Of a DNA stretch of 64,000 nucleotides, positions 29,601-40,786 are shown piece after piece. A program made the translations under genes and the position numbers. The first letter of the stretch is position 1. Every line of letters starts with the position of its first letter. The notes beneath the pieces were generated by a model, which saw only the letters and a list, made by a program, of their open reading frames with translations, ran no database searches and had not been told where the DNA came from. The stretch comes from Arthrobacter sp. (GTDB taxonomy: Bacteria; Actinomycetota; Actinomycetes; Actinomycetales; Micrococcaceae): assembly GCF_030540645.1 (NCBI RefSeq), contig NZ_JAUNVV010000001.1, forward strand, positions 3,731 through 67,730, in the 5' to 3' direction.

Positions 29601-30979
29601 CATTGTGCCAGGGCATGGGTAGCCGCAGAGACCGACGTTGCAAGCACTATGTGGGGCAGGAACCTGGCCGCCAAGGGGATGCTACCCGCAGAACCGAGCA
29701 GAAACACCGGAATGTCGGCAGCATCCAATTGCATCACCACATAGTGCAACAGTGAGAGCACGGCACCAGCTGGTCCCCTGACGTTGACGGGCATCTCCGA
29801 CAGCGGTATGCAGAAAGGGAGTGCAGGCAGCCGCGGAGCCGAGAATCCTGGATCGGCAGGTGTCACCTCGAGCGCAGCCAGCTGGTCAGCAGTGCCAAAA
29901 CGCAGCGCCGTCTGCACCCCGGAACGTTGGGGCTGGGTAGGCGCGGGCCCTGCCCGGCTGGCAGCCACCAACGTTGCTGCATCGGGGAAGGCATACGAAC
30001 GCCGGCTGGCATCCTGCCGAACCGCAGCGTCGACAGCGCCACGGAACGCATTGCGCCGCTTGCGTCCACCGAACAAAGGAACCAGCGCTGCCATGGCACC
30101 CATGGCAGCAAAGGCCAGGAACATCCACGAACCAGTCACCAGTGCAAGCCCCACGCCCAACACCAAGGGCAGGCACCCTGCCACAGTAAAGGCGACACGG
30201 CTGCGCTGGGAGCCAGTAGAATTTGACACAGACAAAGGCCTCATCGCCGCAGAATCCAGTAGGTGAGGTTCGAAACCCGAAAGAGTCCGCACCGGGTGAT
30301 GGAAACGAAGCTCAAGGATGCTGCTCCCGCAGGCAACCGAGTCTCCCACTTCAAGGACCACCGTGCCATTGATACGCTCGGCGCTTGCAGTCGGTGGATC
30401 ATTGCTGGAACGAATGCTGAATCCACTGGAACCCTCAGTGGCACGCAGCGTAATCCCCTGGGCATTGACCACCAACGTGCCATGGTGCCTGGACAAGGAA
30501 GCGTCCTCCACCCGGATGCGGCACTGACCACGGCCCAGCGAGTATATTCCCCTGCGTAAAGCAAAAATAGCGCCTGCCCCTGGTCCTGCACAAACCGCCA
30601 GCACTGCTGTGATTGACCCGTCAGGATCTTGGAAGTCAGCTTGAGGACGCTGGACGTCTGGGGTGCGGTCACTATATGCATTGTCAGCGAAACCAGATTC
30701 ATGGTGACCCGGGATATCCTGCCAAGCCACTACAACAGCGCCGTTGACAAGAGGGACTGTGCCCGCTTCCAAAACATGGATCGGCTGGCCTGCGACAGTG
30801 AAAAAGCAACCGGGCCAGCGTTGTACCAAAGCACGTTGCAACGACAGACCGGAATCGCTTGACCCTGATTGGCCGGACGGCCACGTGACGCTGAGCTCCG
30901 TGGGCGAAAAGGGAGCAACCGGAGGTACTGGTCCGGTGCCGGGAGCGGGGCCAGCTACGACCGTGACTTCAAGCAGCAT
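26630..30979 (-). CDS. FHA-domain + multi-FtsK/SpoIIIE ATPase membrane protein (EssC/EccC-like)
   Basis: I prefer the ATG at 30979, which has GGGAGG 7 nt upstream; the ORF opens at a TTG at 31015. Features are an FHA core (YSLGRGQCRIRVEDASLSRHHGTLVV), two TM helices (VAFTVAGCLPLVLGVGLALVTGSWMFLAFAAMGAMAALVPLF) and a canonical Walker A/B pair (LLLGGTTGSGKSE; HLVVIIDEF). A second P-loop lies near the C-terminus (VLGSPSSGKSS; LLWLDDA). Confidence 0.85.
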   Translation of the reverse strand: MLLEVTVVAGPAPGTGPVPPVAPFSPTELSVTWPSGQSGSSDSGLSLQRALVQRWPGCFFTVAGQPIHVLEAGTVPLVNGAVVVAWQDIPGHHESGFADNAYSDRTPDVQRPQADFQDPDGSITAVLAVCAGPGAGAIFALRRGIYSLGRGQCRIRVEDASLSRHHGTLVVNAQGITLRATEGSSGFSIRSSNDPPTASAERINGTVVLEVGDSVACGSSILELRFHHPVRTLSGFEPHLLDSAAMRPLSVSNSTGSQRSRVAFTVAGCLPLVLGVGLALVTGSWMFLAFAAMGAMAALVPLFGGRKRRNAFRGAVDAAVRQDASRRSYAFPDAATLVAASRAGPAPTQPQRSGVQTALRFGTADQLAALEVTPADPGFSAPRLPALPFCIPLSEMPVNVRGPAGAVLSLLHYVVMQLDAADIPVFLLGSAGSIPLAARFLPHIVLATSVSAATHALAQWRRGAGVGSGAHAAVLLLVDEPVGTWISPSPGLRVVHFAVHPSRHQGTLARTCAGTQPQHAPAGPSTGSLTASSSGIDAADSDTAAMSATVELRAAGNHLAGTFANHDFIPDGVPPTVFDAYCRHRALSVAGLEKGPAVQASLEPNTLPLRELCSRDAVVAQWKLSRGGPLRPISLGQSAEGPTKFDFLHDGPHLLLGGTTGSGKSELLRTLAGSLAVAHSPADLQFVFFDFKGGAGLGALCKFPHTSSLITDLGGDAMDRTLASLRAELHLREAALAVCEVADSDSYRAAALHHGAVELTGAHGMAHLVVIIDEFRVLVDQFPDAMAELMRIAAVGRSLGIHLVMATQRPQGALNADIRANVTSSICLRVQSTFDSTDVIGTGVAAAISVSTPGRAFISKAGASPQEFQSAALRLPSVGTGLGPVLEDPGERVSFLPAHSPDPGGITSDVSAVAGLMIEAWQHYRSEDTTLQPATAVIAAELPSEVHVGLSHTERGFGSEEVPCNEGALGGEASLLLGFVDVPLSQSVEPLLWNPELNSHLACLGAAPESSHAVALAAGQVLAANKAASRRAASNGLAARGSAVTGSHAPPRLLYLLDGDGSLHHFAGSPWVGAHVGPDQLRTAAHLVGRLEQTAGATAQTLILCITDWGRWAAAFRASPWHETEDGIAALIRFSHPNLVVLVGGGRELLSTAFLPAIPNRIFLPFGTSPESTMLWPRMPRFKPLRGRGTIAGPVNELVSRDGDDALHIVQLGNIPSVSSQTVGSQHGSSRGGSNTSRHARLPINGSAAAGTLRVSALPDSVSMQQVQEALSGEAPAPGSHGSRGVSVVVGIGGDGAHPVRVTLEPGTVLPVLGSPSSGKSSFLQALEDLNSSSLRGTLQPQIAPRLLWLDDAAALTPMELQQVTESLAAGMVLVAAFNWPGPAVSSLPLSWGLRTAQQGIVLRPRRAADGELFGVRLDTAGAEPYGRGVLLANGERSWFQFPLPGTCP

Positions 30980-31298
30980 TACCTTACCTCCCAAACGCCC
31001 CACACCAATGAACAATCCGGGAAGGCTAGTCCGTCAACAACGTTGGCAGACACCTGCAACAGCAGGACCAACTGCGTCACCGCAGCGGCAGTCGCTGCTT
31101 TCCTGGTGCCTGCTTGTTTGTTTGTCTGTTTCCGAGCCTAGGTGTGCCGGCGGCGCCGCTGGGATCCGGCGTCGTACTTTGTCAGTAAGCTCACCTACAG
31201 GCCCCCCTGTGGGGGAAAGAACACCACTGGGAAGCCGCCAAAACGTTGTGAGGATTCCCACCATGGAGGGGAGTGTGGATTGCGGTCAGGTAACCTAG

Positions 31299-34531
<3,233 letters not shown>

Positions 34532-35401
34532 ATGCCCGAGGTCAAAAATGAGTTGACAACACCTGGCAGCGGTCGCGGCCTGCTGGGAGTCTATTCAAAC
34601 CGATTCCTGCTGAAGCTGCTGGTGCGCAAGGAAATCAAGGTTCGCTACCGTGGATCCGTGCTGGGGCTTTTATGGTCGTATGTGAAGCCGCTGATGCAAT
34701 TCATGATTTATTTCGTGGCGCTGGGCATCTTCCTCAATCTGCAAAAAGCAACGCCAAACTACGCCATCTACCTGTTCTCCGGGATTGTTTTGGTCAACTT
34801 TTTCACGGAAGCACTTGGAAATTCCACCCGCTCGATCGTGGAAAACAGGGATCTGATCCGCAAGATTTACCTACCACGGGAGCTTTTCCCGGTTGCGACC
34901 ATTTGGGTCTCCGCCGCCCACTTCCTGCCTCAGGTGGTTATTCTGGTTGGTGCAGCTCTGCTGGTGGGCTGGCAGCCCTCAGCCTTCCAGCTGCTGGCCG
35001 CCATTGCAGCATTCATTGTTGTGGCAATTCTCGCCACGGGCTTGGGCCTGCTCTTTGGGGCTGTCAACGTGTACTTCCGTGATTCGGAAAACATTGTGGA
35101 CATGATCTTGATGGTTGTGACCTGGGCGTCGCCTGTTCTCTACATGTGGACCATGGCCAGAGATGCGCTGGGATCGTGGTTCTGGGTCTATCAGGTGAAC
35201 CCCATGACGGTGGCTGTGGAGATCTTTCACTGGGCATTCTGGTACCCCACCTTGGGTGCTGACCAGCTGGGGATGGTGGAGATGCCGCCCAACCTGATCG
35301 CTTTCTGGCTGCCTATTTCGTTGCTGGTTTCACTGGCTGTACTCTTCGGCGGTCAGTTCATCTTCCGTCGACTCGCTGTCCATTTTGCCCAGGAGCTTTA
35401 G
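34532..35401 (+). CDS. wzm: ABC-2 type polysaccharide export permease (Wzm/TagG-like)
   Basis: 289 aa. The ATG follows the glfT2 stop directly. About 6 TM helices and an N-terminal KVRYRGSVLGLLWSYVKPLMQF motif. Confidence 0.85.
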   Translation: MPEVKNELTTPGSGRGLLGVYSNRFLLKLLVRKEIKVRYRGSVLGLLWSYVKPLMQFMIYFVALGIFLNLQKATPNYAIYLFSGIVLVNFFTEALGNSTRSIVENRDLIRKIYLPRELFPVATIWVSAAHFLPQVVILVGAALLVGWQPSAFQLLAAIAAFIVVAILATGLGLLFGAVNVYFRDSENIVDMILMVVTWASPVLYMWTMARDALGSWFWVYQVNPMTVAVEIFHWAFWYPTLGADQLGMVEMPPNLIAFWLPISLLVSLAVLFGGQFIFRRLAVHFAQEL

Positions 35402-35402
35402 A

Positions 35403-36170
35403 ATGCCCGTAGCCGAGGCTGTAGCCGACAACATCGCCATCACCTGCCGAAACCTTCGCAAGGTTTTCGTGCTGCGCAATACCCGCTCCATGAAGGAGTC
35501 CATTGTGTGGCTTGTGAAGGGCCGAAGGGGCGACTTGTCCAAGCGATTTGACGCCTTGCAGGACATCTCGCTGGATGTTGCCCAAGGGGAGACGGTGGCG
35601 CTGCTTGGCTTGAACGGCTCAGGAAAGTCAACGCTGCTGAAGCTAATTTCAGGCGTTTTACAGCCCGACGGCGGAACGGTCCAGACCCGGGGGAGGGTGG
35701 CCGGCCTCATCGAAGTTGGTGCAGGCTTCCACCACGACCTCAGCGGACGCGACAACGTCTACCTCAACGGCGCCATCCTGGGCATGACCGAGAAGCAGAT
35801 CGAGACCATGTTCGACTCGATCGTTGAATTCTCCGAAATAGGCGAGTTCATCGATACTGAAGTGAAGTTTTATTCGTCCGGCATGTATCTGAAACTGGCT
35901 TTTTCCATTGCGGTCCACACGGATCCCGAGGTGTTTTTGATCGATGAGATCCTCGCGGTTGGTGACGAACCCTTCCAGCGCAAGTGCATCAAGAAAATCA
36001 AGGAATTGGCAGCTGCCGGCAAGACGCTGTTTGTGGTCAGCCATGACCTGGACCTGGTCTCAACCGTTTGTGATCGCGGAGTGCTGCTTGAACACGGCAA
36101 GGTCGTCATGGACGACGACGTCCACGTGGTTGTCAAGGAACTGCGCAGGCGGTCAGAAGTCGCCAGCTGA
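35403..36170 (+). CDS. wzt: Polysaccharide export ABC ATPase (Wzt/TagH-like), short form without a C-terminal carbohydrate-binding domain
   Basis: Walker A GLNGSGKST, signature YSSGMYLKLAF and Walker B VFLIDE. About 255 aa from the ATG at 35403. Confidence 0.85.
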   Translation: MPVAEAVADNIAITCRNLRKVFVLRNTRSMKESIVWLVKGRRGDLSKRFDALQDISLDVAQGETVALLGLNGSGKSTLLKLISGVLQPDGGTVQTRGRVAGLIEVGAGFHHDLSGRDNVYLNGAILGMTEKQIETMFDSIVEFSEIGEFIDTEVKFYSSGMYLKLAFSIAVHTDPEVFLIDEILAVGDEPFQRKCIKKIKELAAAGKTLFVVSHDLDLVSTVCDRGVLLEHGKVVMDDDVHVVVKELRRRSEVAS

Positions 36171-36276
36171 CCGGGGTCGTGATAGTTGATCTTTAACTGA
36201 GTCAGAATATTTTGTTTGTGTGCTGCCCGGACATGTTGTCCGGCAGGATTTATGGTGTTTAGGGAGCGGTGCTGGA

Positions 36277-38253
36277 GTGACTTGGTGGGAAGCTGTACCT
36301 TTTGTTTTGTTAGCGGGGGCAGTCTTTTTCGTGCCTGGTCTTCTCTTTTCCCTTGCCGTGCGGGTCCGTGGGTTGTCTGCCGTCTTGCTTGCGCCGGTCT
36401 TCAGTGTCGCCTTGGCCAGTGTGCTTTCATTGGCTCTCCCGATTGTTCATGTTCGTTGGACACCCCTTTCCTATGGAATTGGTGTTCTGGTGGTCTCGGT
36501 TCTCGCATTCGGGATAAAGCTGGCCTTGACGCGCAAATGGCCTGATCCTGTCTGGACCCCACAACGCCGATCGATCATTATTGCCTCTATTGCCGGCCTG
36601 CTGGGTGCTGGAGCCCTTATAGCCGTGCAAATGGGTACTGCATTCATCACCCCCGAGAGTATCTCCCAAACGTATGACAACGTCTTCCATCTCAATGCTG
36701 TGCGTTGGGCCATTGAGTCCGGCAACGCATCTCCATTGAACCTTGGTGCGTTTACGGGCATTAGTGCCTACCCCTCGGCATGGCATGCAATGACAAGCCT
36801 CGTGGCGATGGCCTCGGGGGTGAGCATCCCAATTGCTGTAAACGTCACCAACATCGCCATCGGGGCGCTTGTGTGGCCGGTTGGCTGCCTGTACCTTGTG
36901 CACCGCCTGGTTGGTGAGCGGCTTATAAGTACCGTGGCGGCAATGATCTTCGTTCCTGCGTTCACCGGGTTCCCGCTGATGATGGTTGATTGGGGCGTTC
37001 TGTACCCGAACCTGCTGTCCATAGCGCTTCTGCCTGCGGCCATGGGCCTGGCTTTCAGCGCACTGGGTGTCGCCAGAGGCTATCGACCAAGCACGCCCAT
37101 TGCCTGGCTTCTTGTTCTCGTCTCTGTTCCGGCTGTGGCTGTTGCACACCCGAGCACCTTGATGGCACTGCTTGTTTTCGTGCTTCCTGCAGTCGTGTTC
37201 TTGGCGTATGGCAAGGTGGCGCCACTTTTTCCCGTGAACACTGCAGAACGACGGCGATCCGTCCTCATCGCTGGTGGCATCGCAGTCGCCTCATTGGTGG
37301 TCTTGGCGATAATTTGGCGGAAGTTTCGTCCACCGCCGGGAGCTGCAGGGTGGGGCGCTGTTGAAAGTCCGCCACAGGCAATTGGTGAGGTCTTTCTCGG
37401 CGGAGCCTTGGGGCGCCCGGCAGCAACCATCATTGCCATTTGCATGGTGGTTGGTCTTCTCAGGTTGTGGATCTCTCGAAAGCAACTGTGGATTCTTGGC
37501 ACATTCGTTGTCGCAGGGGTGCTGTTCTTCTACGCAGCCGGATTGAACTTCAGCCCGCGCTGGTTCCTGACCGGTGTTTGGTACTACGACAGCAACCGGT
37601 TGGCGGCTCTGCTACCAGTGGCCATGCTCGGTCCGGCTGTCATTGGAGCCACCTACTTGTGGGACGCCGTGCATCGCAAGATTGCAGTGATGGGCCACAG
37701 GAAGTCTAGTGGCGAGGCAATTTCCGGCAGAGTCCGGACCAGGCGGCGCACCGTTGTCTATACGGCAGGAATTCTCGCACTACTTTTTGCCACTCAATAC
37801 GGCGTCATGAACTGGGCAGTTCAGCATGCCTATTACGCCTACACGTCCACGCCCACGTCGGGGCTGTTGACTCCTGATGAAACTGCGCTGCTGAACAGAT
37901 TAGATACTCATGTGCCGCCGGGGGCGGTCATCGCTGGAATGCCCAGTAGTGGCACAGCGCTGGCCTATGCCTTCTCGGGTAGGGAAGTTGTCCAGCCGCA
38001 CATTCTGACGACTCACGGGAAGGACGTGGACATCGTCAACGCCGGACTGAAGAGCGCTGACGAATTCCCTTGGGTTTGTGATGCGGTACATAAACTCAAT
38101 GTGAAATACGCCTTGGATTTTGGGACTAGATCTGTGACAGGAACCATGCCGGGATACGGCGGGGTCTTGGACCTGTCGACATCAAAGGCAATGAAACTAA
38201 TCGATCAAGCTGGCCCTGATGCCAAGCTTTACAAGGTCACCGCCTGCTGGTAG
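36277..38253 (+). CDS. Large polytopic membrane protein with a C-terminal extracytoplasmic domain. I believe this is the DUF6541-type family; it is a candidate GT-C-like enzyme.
   Basis: The ORF runs from 36220. I prefer the GTG at 36277 (AGGGAG upstream) by alignment with the paralog at 52625. There are more than 10 TM helices, a loop motif ISQTYDNVFHLNAVRWAIESGNASPLNLG, and a C-terminus ending ...KLYKVTACW. Confidence 0.7.
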   Translation: MTWWEAVPFVLLAGAVFFVPGLLFSLAVRVRGLSAVLLAPVFSVALASVLSLALPIVHVRWTPLSYGIGVLVVSVLAFGIKLALTRKWPDPVWTPQRRSIIIASIAGLLGAGALIAVQMGTAFITPESISQTYDNVFHLNAVRWAIESGNASPLNLGAFTGISAYPSAWHAMTSLVAMASGVSIPIAVNVTNIAIGALVWPVGCLYLVHRLVGERLISTVAAMIFVPAFTGFPLMMVDWGVLYPNLLSIALLPAAMGLAFSALGVARGYRPSTPIAWLLVLVSVPAVAVAHPSTLMALLVFVLPAVVFLAYGKVAPLFPVNTAERRRSVLIAGGIAVASLVVLAIIWRKFRPPPGAAGWGAVESPPQAIGEVFLGGALGRPAATIIAICMVVGLLRLWISRKQLWILGTFVVAGVLFFYAAGLNFSPRWFLTGVWYYDSNRLAALLPVAMLGPAVIGATYLWDAVHRKIAVMGHRKSSGEAISGRVRTRRRTVVYTAGILALLFATQYGVMNWAVQHAYYAYTSTPTSGLLTPDETALLNRLDTHVPPGAVIAGMPSSGTALAYAFSGREVVQPHILTTHGKDVDIVNAGLKSADEFPWVCDAVHKLNVKYALDFGTRSVTGTMPGYGGVLDLSTSKAMKLIDQAGPDAKLYKVTACW

Positions 38254-38287
38254 CTAAGGCAATCCAGGTTGCCGGAAGGTTGACTTG

Positions 38288-38333
38288 AAACAGCAGAGGG
38301 TCCCGGTCCATGGACCGGGACCCTCTGCTGTTT
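38288..38333. terminator. Perfect palindromic bidirectional intrinsic terminator
   Basis: aaa-cagcagagggtcccggtcca|tggaccgggaccctctgctg-ttt lies between the convergent membrane-protein gene and rfbA. Confidence 0.8.
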
Positions 38334-38347
38334 CCACATGGAGTTGC

Positions 38348-39211
38348 CTAGGCGTCCAATAATGACAGCAAGTATCCGCCATAACCGCTCTTGAGGAGAG
38401 GTTCGGCTCGTTGACGCAATTCATCATCGGTGAGGAATCCTTGGCGCCAAGCGATTTCTTCCGGCGCACCAATTTTCAAGCCTTGTCTGCTCTCGACGGT
38501 CCGAACAAAGTTCGAAGCGTTGTTGAGGTCTTCAAAAGTGCCTGTATCAAGCCAGGCGGTTCCACGTGGAAGGATTTCTACTTGTAGCTTGCCATTTTTC
38601 AAGTAGTGCCTGTTAATGTCGGTGATTTCAAGTTCCCCACGGGGCGACGGCTTGAGGCCCTTGGCGATCCCCACGACATCATTGTCGTAGAAGTACAGAC
38701 CGGGAACGGCATAGTGGCTCTTGGGATTTTCCGGCTTTTCCTCGAGGGAGATGGCTGTTCCGGCCTCGTCGAACTCGACCACGCCATAGGACTTCGGGTC
38801 CTTGACCCAGTAGCCAAAGACTGCACCGCCGTCGACCGTTGCGTGCCGGCGCAGCTGTGTGCCCATGCCGGGGCCGTAAAAGATGTTGTCACCGAGGACC
38901 AGGGCAACCGGTTCGTTGCCTATGTGGTCTTCACCGAGGATGAAAGCTTGGGCAAGTCCGTCAGGAGATTCCTGCTTGACGTAGGTAATTGAAACGCCGA
39001 ATCGTGATCCGTCTCCAAGTAAGCGAGTGAACTGTTCGGCATCGTGGGGAGTTGTGACCACCAAAATATCTTGAATTCCGGCAAGAATCAGGGTCGAAAG
39101 AGGGTAGTAGATCATGGGTTTGTCATAGACCGGCACCAGTTGCTTGCTGATACCATGAGTAATTGGATGCAGTCTCGAGCCAGTTCCGCCCGCAAGGATA
39201 ATTCCGCGCAT
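38348..39211 (-). CDS. rfbA: Glucose-1-phosphate thymidylyltransferase
   Basis: ATG at 39211: [46 protein letters not shown]... This is a classic RmlA sequence. Confidence 0.95.
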   Translation of the reverse strand: MRGIILAGGTGSRLHPITHGISKQLVPVYDKPMIYYPLSTLILAGIQDILVVTTPHDAEQFTRLLGDGSRFGVSITYVKQESPDGLAQAFILGEDHIGNEPVALVLGDNIFYGPGMGTQLRRHATVDGGAVFGYWVKDPKSYGVVEFDEAGTAISLEEKPENPKSHYAVPGLYFYDNDVVGIAKGLKPSPRGELEITDINRHYLKNGKLQVEILPRGTAWLDTGTFEDLNNASNFVRTVESRQGLKIGAPEEIAWRQGFLTDDELRQRAEPLLKSGYGGYLLSLLDA

Positions 39212-39306
39212 AGAGCAATCATGGCCGCAAGCATTGGTAGAACGCAAACGCGTTGCCACTTCGCAGGGGCTAAAGCGGTTGCCGGCGACGAAATAGATTC
39301 GTATCC

Positions 39307-40548
39307 ATGGCAGTGATAGCCCTTAGCTTGCTAAGTTGGAAGATTAGGAACTCATTGAGCAGCAAAACACAAGTGAGCGGCGCGCGCCACCATAGATGGT
39401 TTGGCGTGTTGCTTGACCCAAGAAACAACAGCTTGAATCTTATCCGTTTGTTCTTGGCTTTTGTTGTTTTGGTGCACCACAGTTGGCCACTCGCTGGGGT
39501 TCCTGGAGAGCCACATTTTGCCGGGGATACGCTTGGCGGTTGGGCCGTAGCAGGATTCTTCGGCATCAGCGGGTACCTCATCACCTCCAGCCGGTGGTCA
39601 AATTCACTGGGCTCCTATCTGATTAACCGGATCGCACGAATAATGCCAGCCTTTTGGGTCTGCCTACTGATGATGGCGGCCTTTTTTGCCCCCGTTGGTT
39701 ATCTGGTGAACCATGGGAGCTTTACGGGATATCTGACATCAGGACACTCCCCGTTGAACTTCCTGATCTCCAACTCGTTGCTGGAGATGCGCTTTTACGA
39801 CATTGCCGGGACTCCGCTCAATGTTCCATACTCGGGTGCGTGGAATGGGTCGCTATGGAGCCTCTACTACGAGTTCATTTGCTACCTCATCATTGCTGCG
39901 CTCGGGACTTTTGCCTTCGTGCGACGTTCCCGGTGGCCATTAACCTTGGCGTTCCTTGTCTCCGTCATCGCCCAAGCGAATGTCGACCTCATTGGCCGAC
40001 TCACGAACGATAATTTCGACGTGGTTCTGTTGCTTCGTCTGCTCCCATTCTTCCTCGCCGGTTCCACAGTGTTCATGTGGAAAGACAAAATTGGATTCCA
40101 CTGGTTTCCCGGCGTGCTTTCATTCCTGGCAGCTTTTGTTGTTTCTTCGACCGTGCCAGGGTGGGGTGTTCAAGCTTCGGCATTGTTCGTCACGTATGGC
40201 ATCATCTGGCTCTCGACCGTGCTCAAACAGCCTCAGTTGGTTGCAAAAAACGATATTTCCTACGGTGTTTACATTTACGCGTTTGCTGTGCAGCAGTTGC
40301 TAGCCGTATTCGGCGTCCACGAGCGGGGCTTGCTGTTCTTTAGCATTCTCGCTGCGGTCATGACGGTTCCACTGGCCACGGCCAGTTGGCTCTGGATAGA
40401 GCGCCCCATCATGCGTCGAGTTCGAAGTGCCACGCGCAAGAAGAGGCCTTCAGCTGATGCCGGCAGCTTGGATGATTCGCACCCCCCGGGCAGGGACATT
40501 GGCAGGATGGAACCGTTGAGAGTGGTCACTGACCCGATAGTCGGGTGA
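39307..40548 (+). CDS. Acyltransferase-3 family membrane O-acyltransferase
   Basis: 413 aa with [20 protein letters not shown] near the N-terminus and about 10 TM helices. Confidence 0.8.
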   Translation: MAVIALSLLSWKIRNSLSSKTQVSGARHHRWFGVLLDPRNNSLNLIRLFLAFVVLVHHSWPLAGVPGEPHFAGDTLGGWAVAGFFGISGYLITSSRWSNSLGSYLINRIARIMPAFWVCLLMMAAFFAPVGYLVNHGSFTGYLTSGHSPLNFLISNSLLEMRFYDIAGTPLNVPYSGAWNGSLWSLYYEFICYLIIAALGTFAFVRRSRWPLTLAFLVSVIAQANVDLIGRLTNDNFDVVLLLRLLPFFLAGSTVFMWKDKIGFHWFPGVLSFLAAFVVSSTVPGWGVQASALFVTYGIIWLSTVLKQPQLVAKNDISYGVYIYAFAVQQLLAVFGVHERGLLFFSILAAVMTVPLATASWLWIERPIMRRVRSATRKKRPSADAGSLDDSHPPGRDIGRMEPLRVVTDPIVG

Positions 40549-40786
40549 GCCAGGAAACGTTTGAGAAATTCCACTCGAGGCCTGGTGACCGCCCCTGGTG
40601 GGAACAATGGATACACCTTCGCTCTCGCCGTCTGTCGAGCCGGTCGCTGGAGTTGGCCAGCGGAACGGTGCTCGTCGCCGTGAAATTCATCCCCTTTGTA
40701 TGAACAGCTGGTAGCGAATTGGTACCATTGTGGGTGGGGATCAGGGTCGCTGGGGCGGCAACGACGTCAGCTAGAGGCAAGGATTA

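Noticed and set aside
40526-40780. 84-aa minus-strand ORF in the gap between the two acyltransferase genes; possible small gene or pseudogene remnant
   Set aside because: There is no RBS, no recognisable motif and an odd composition. I cannot support it as coding. The 238-bp gap is better treated as a promoter region.
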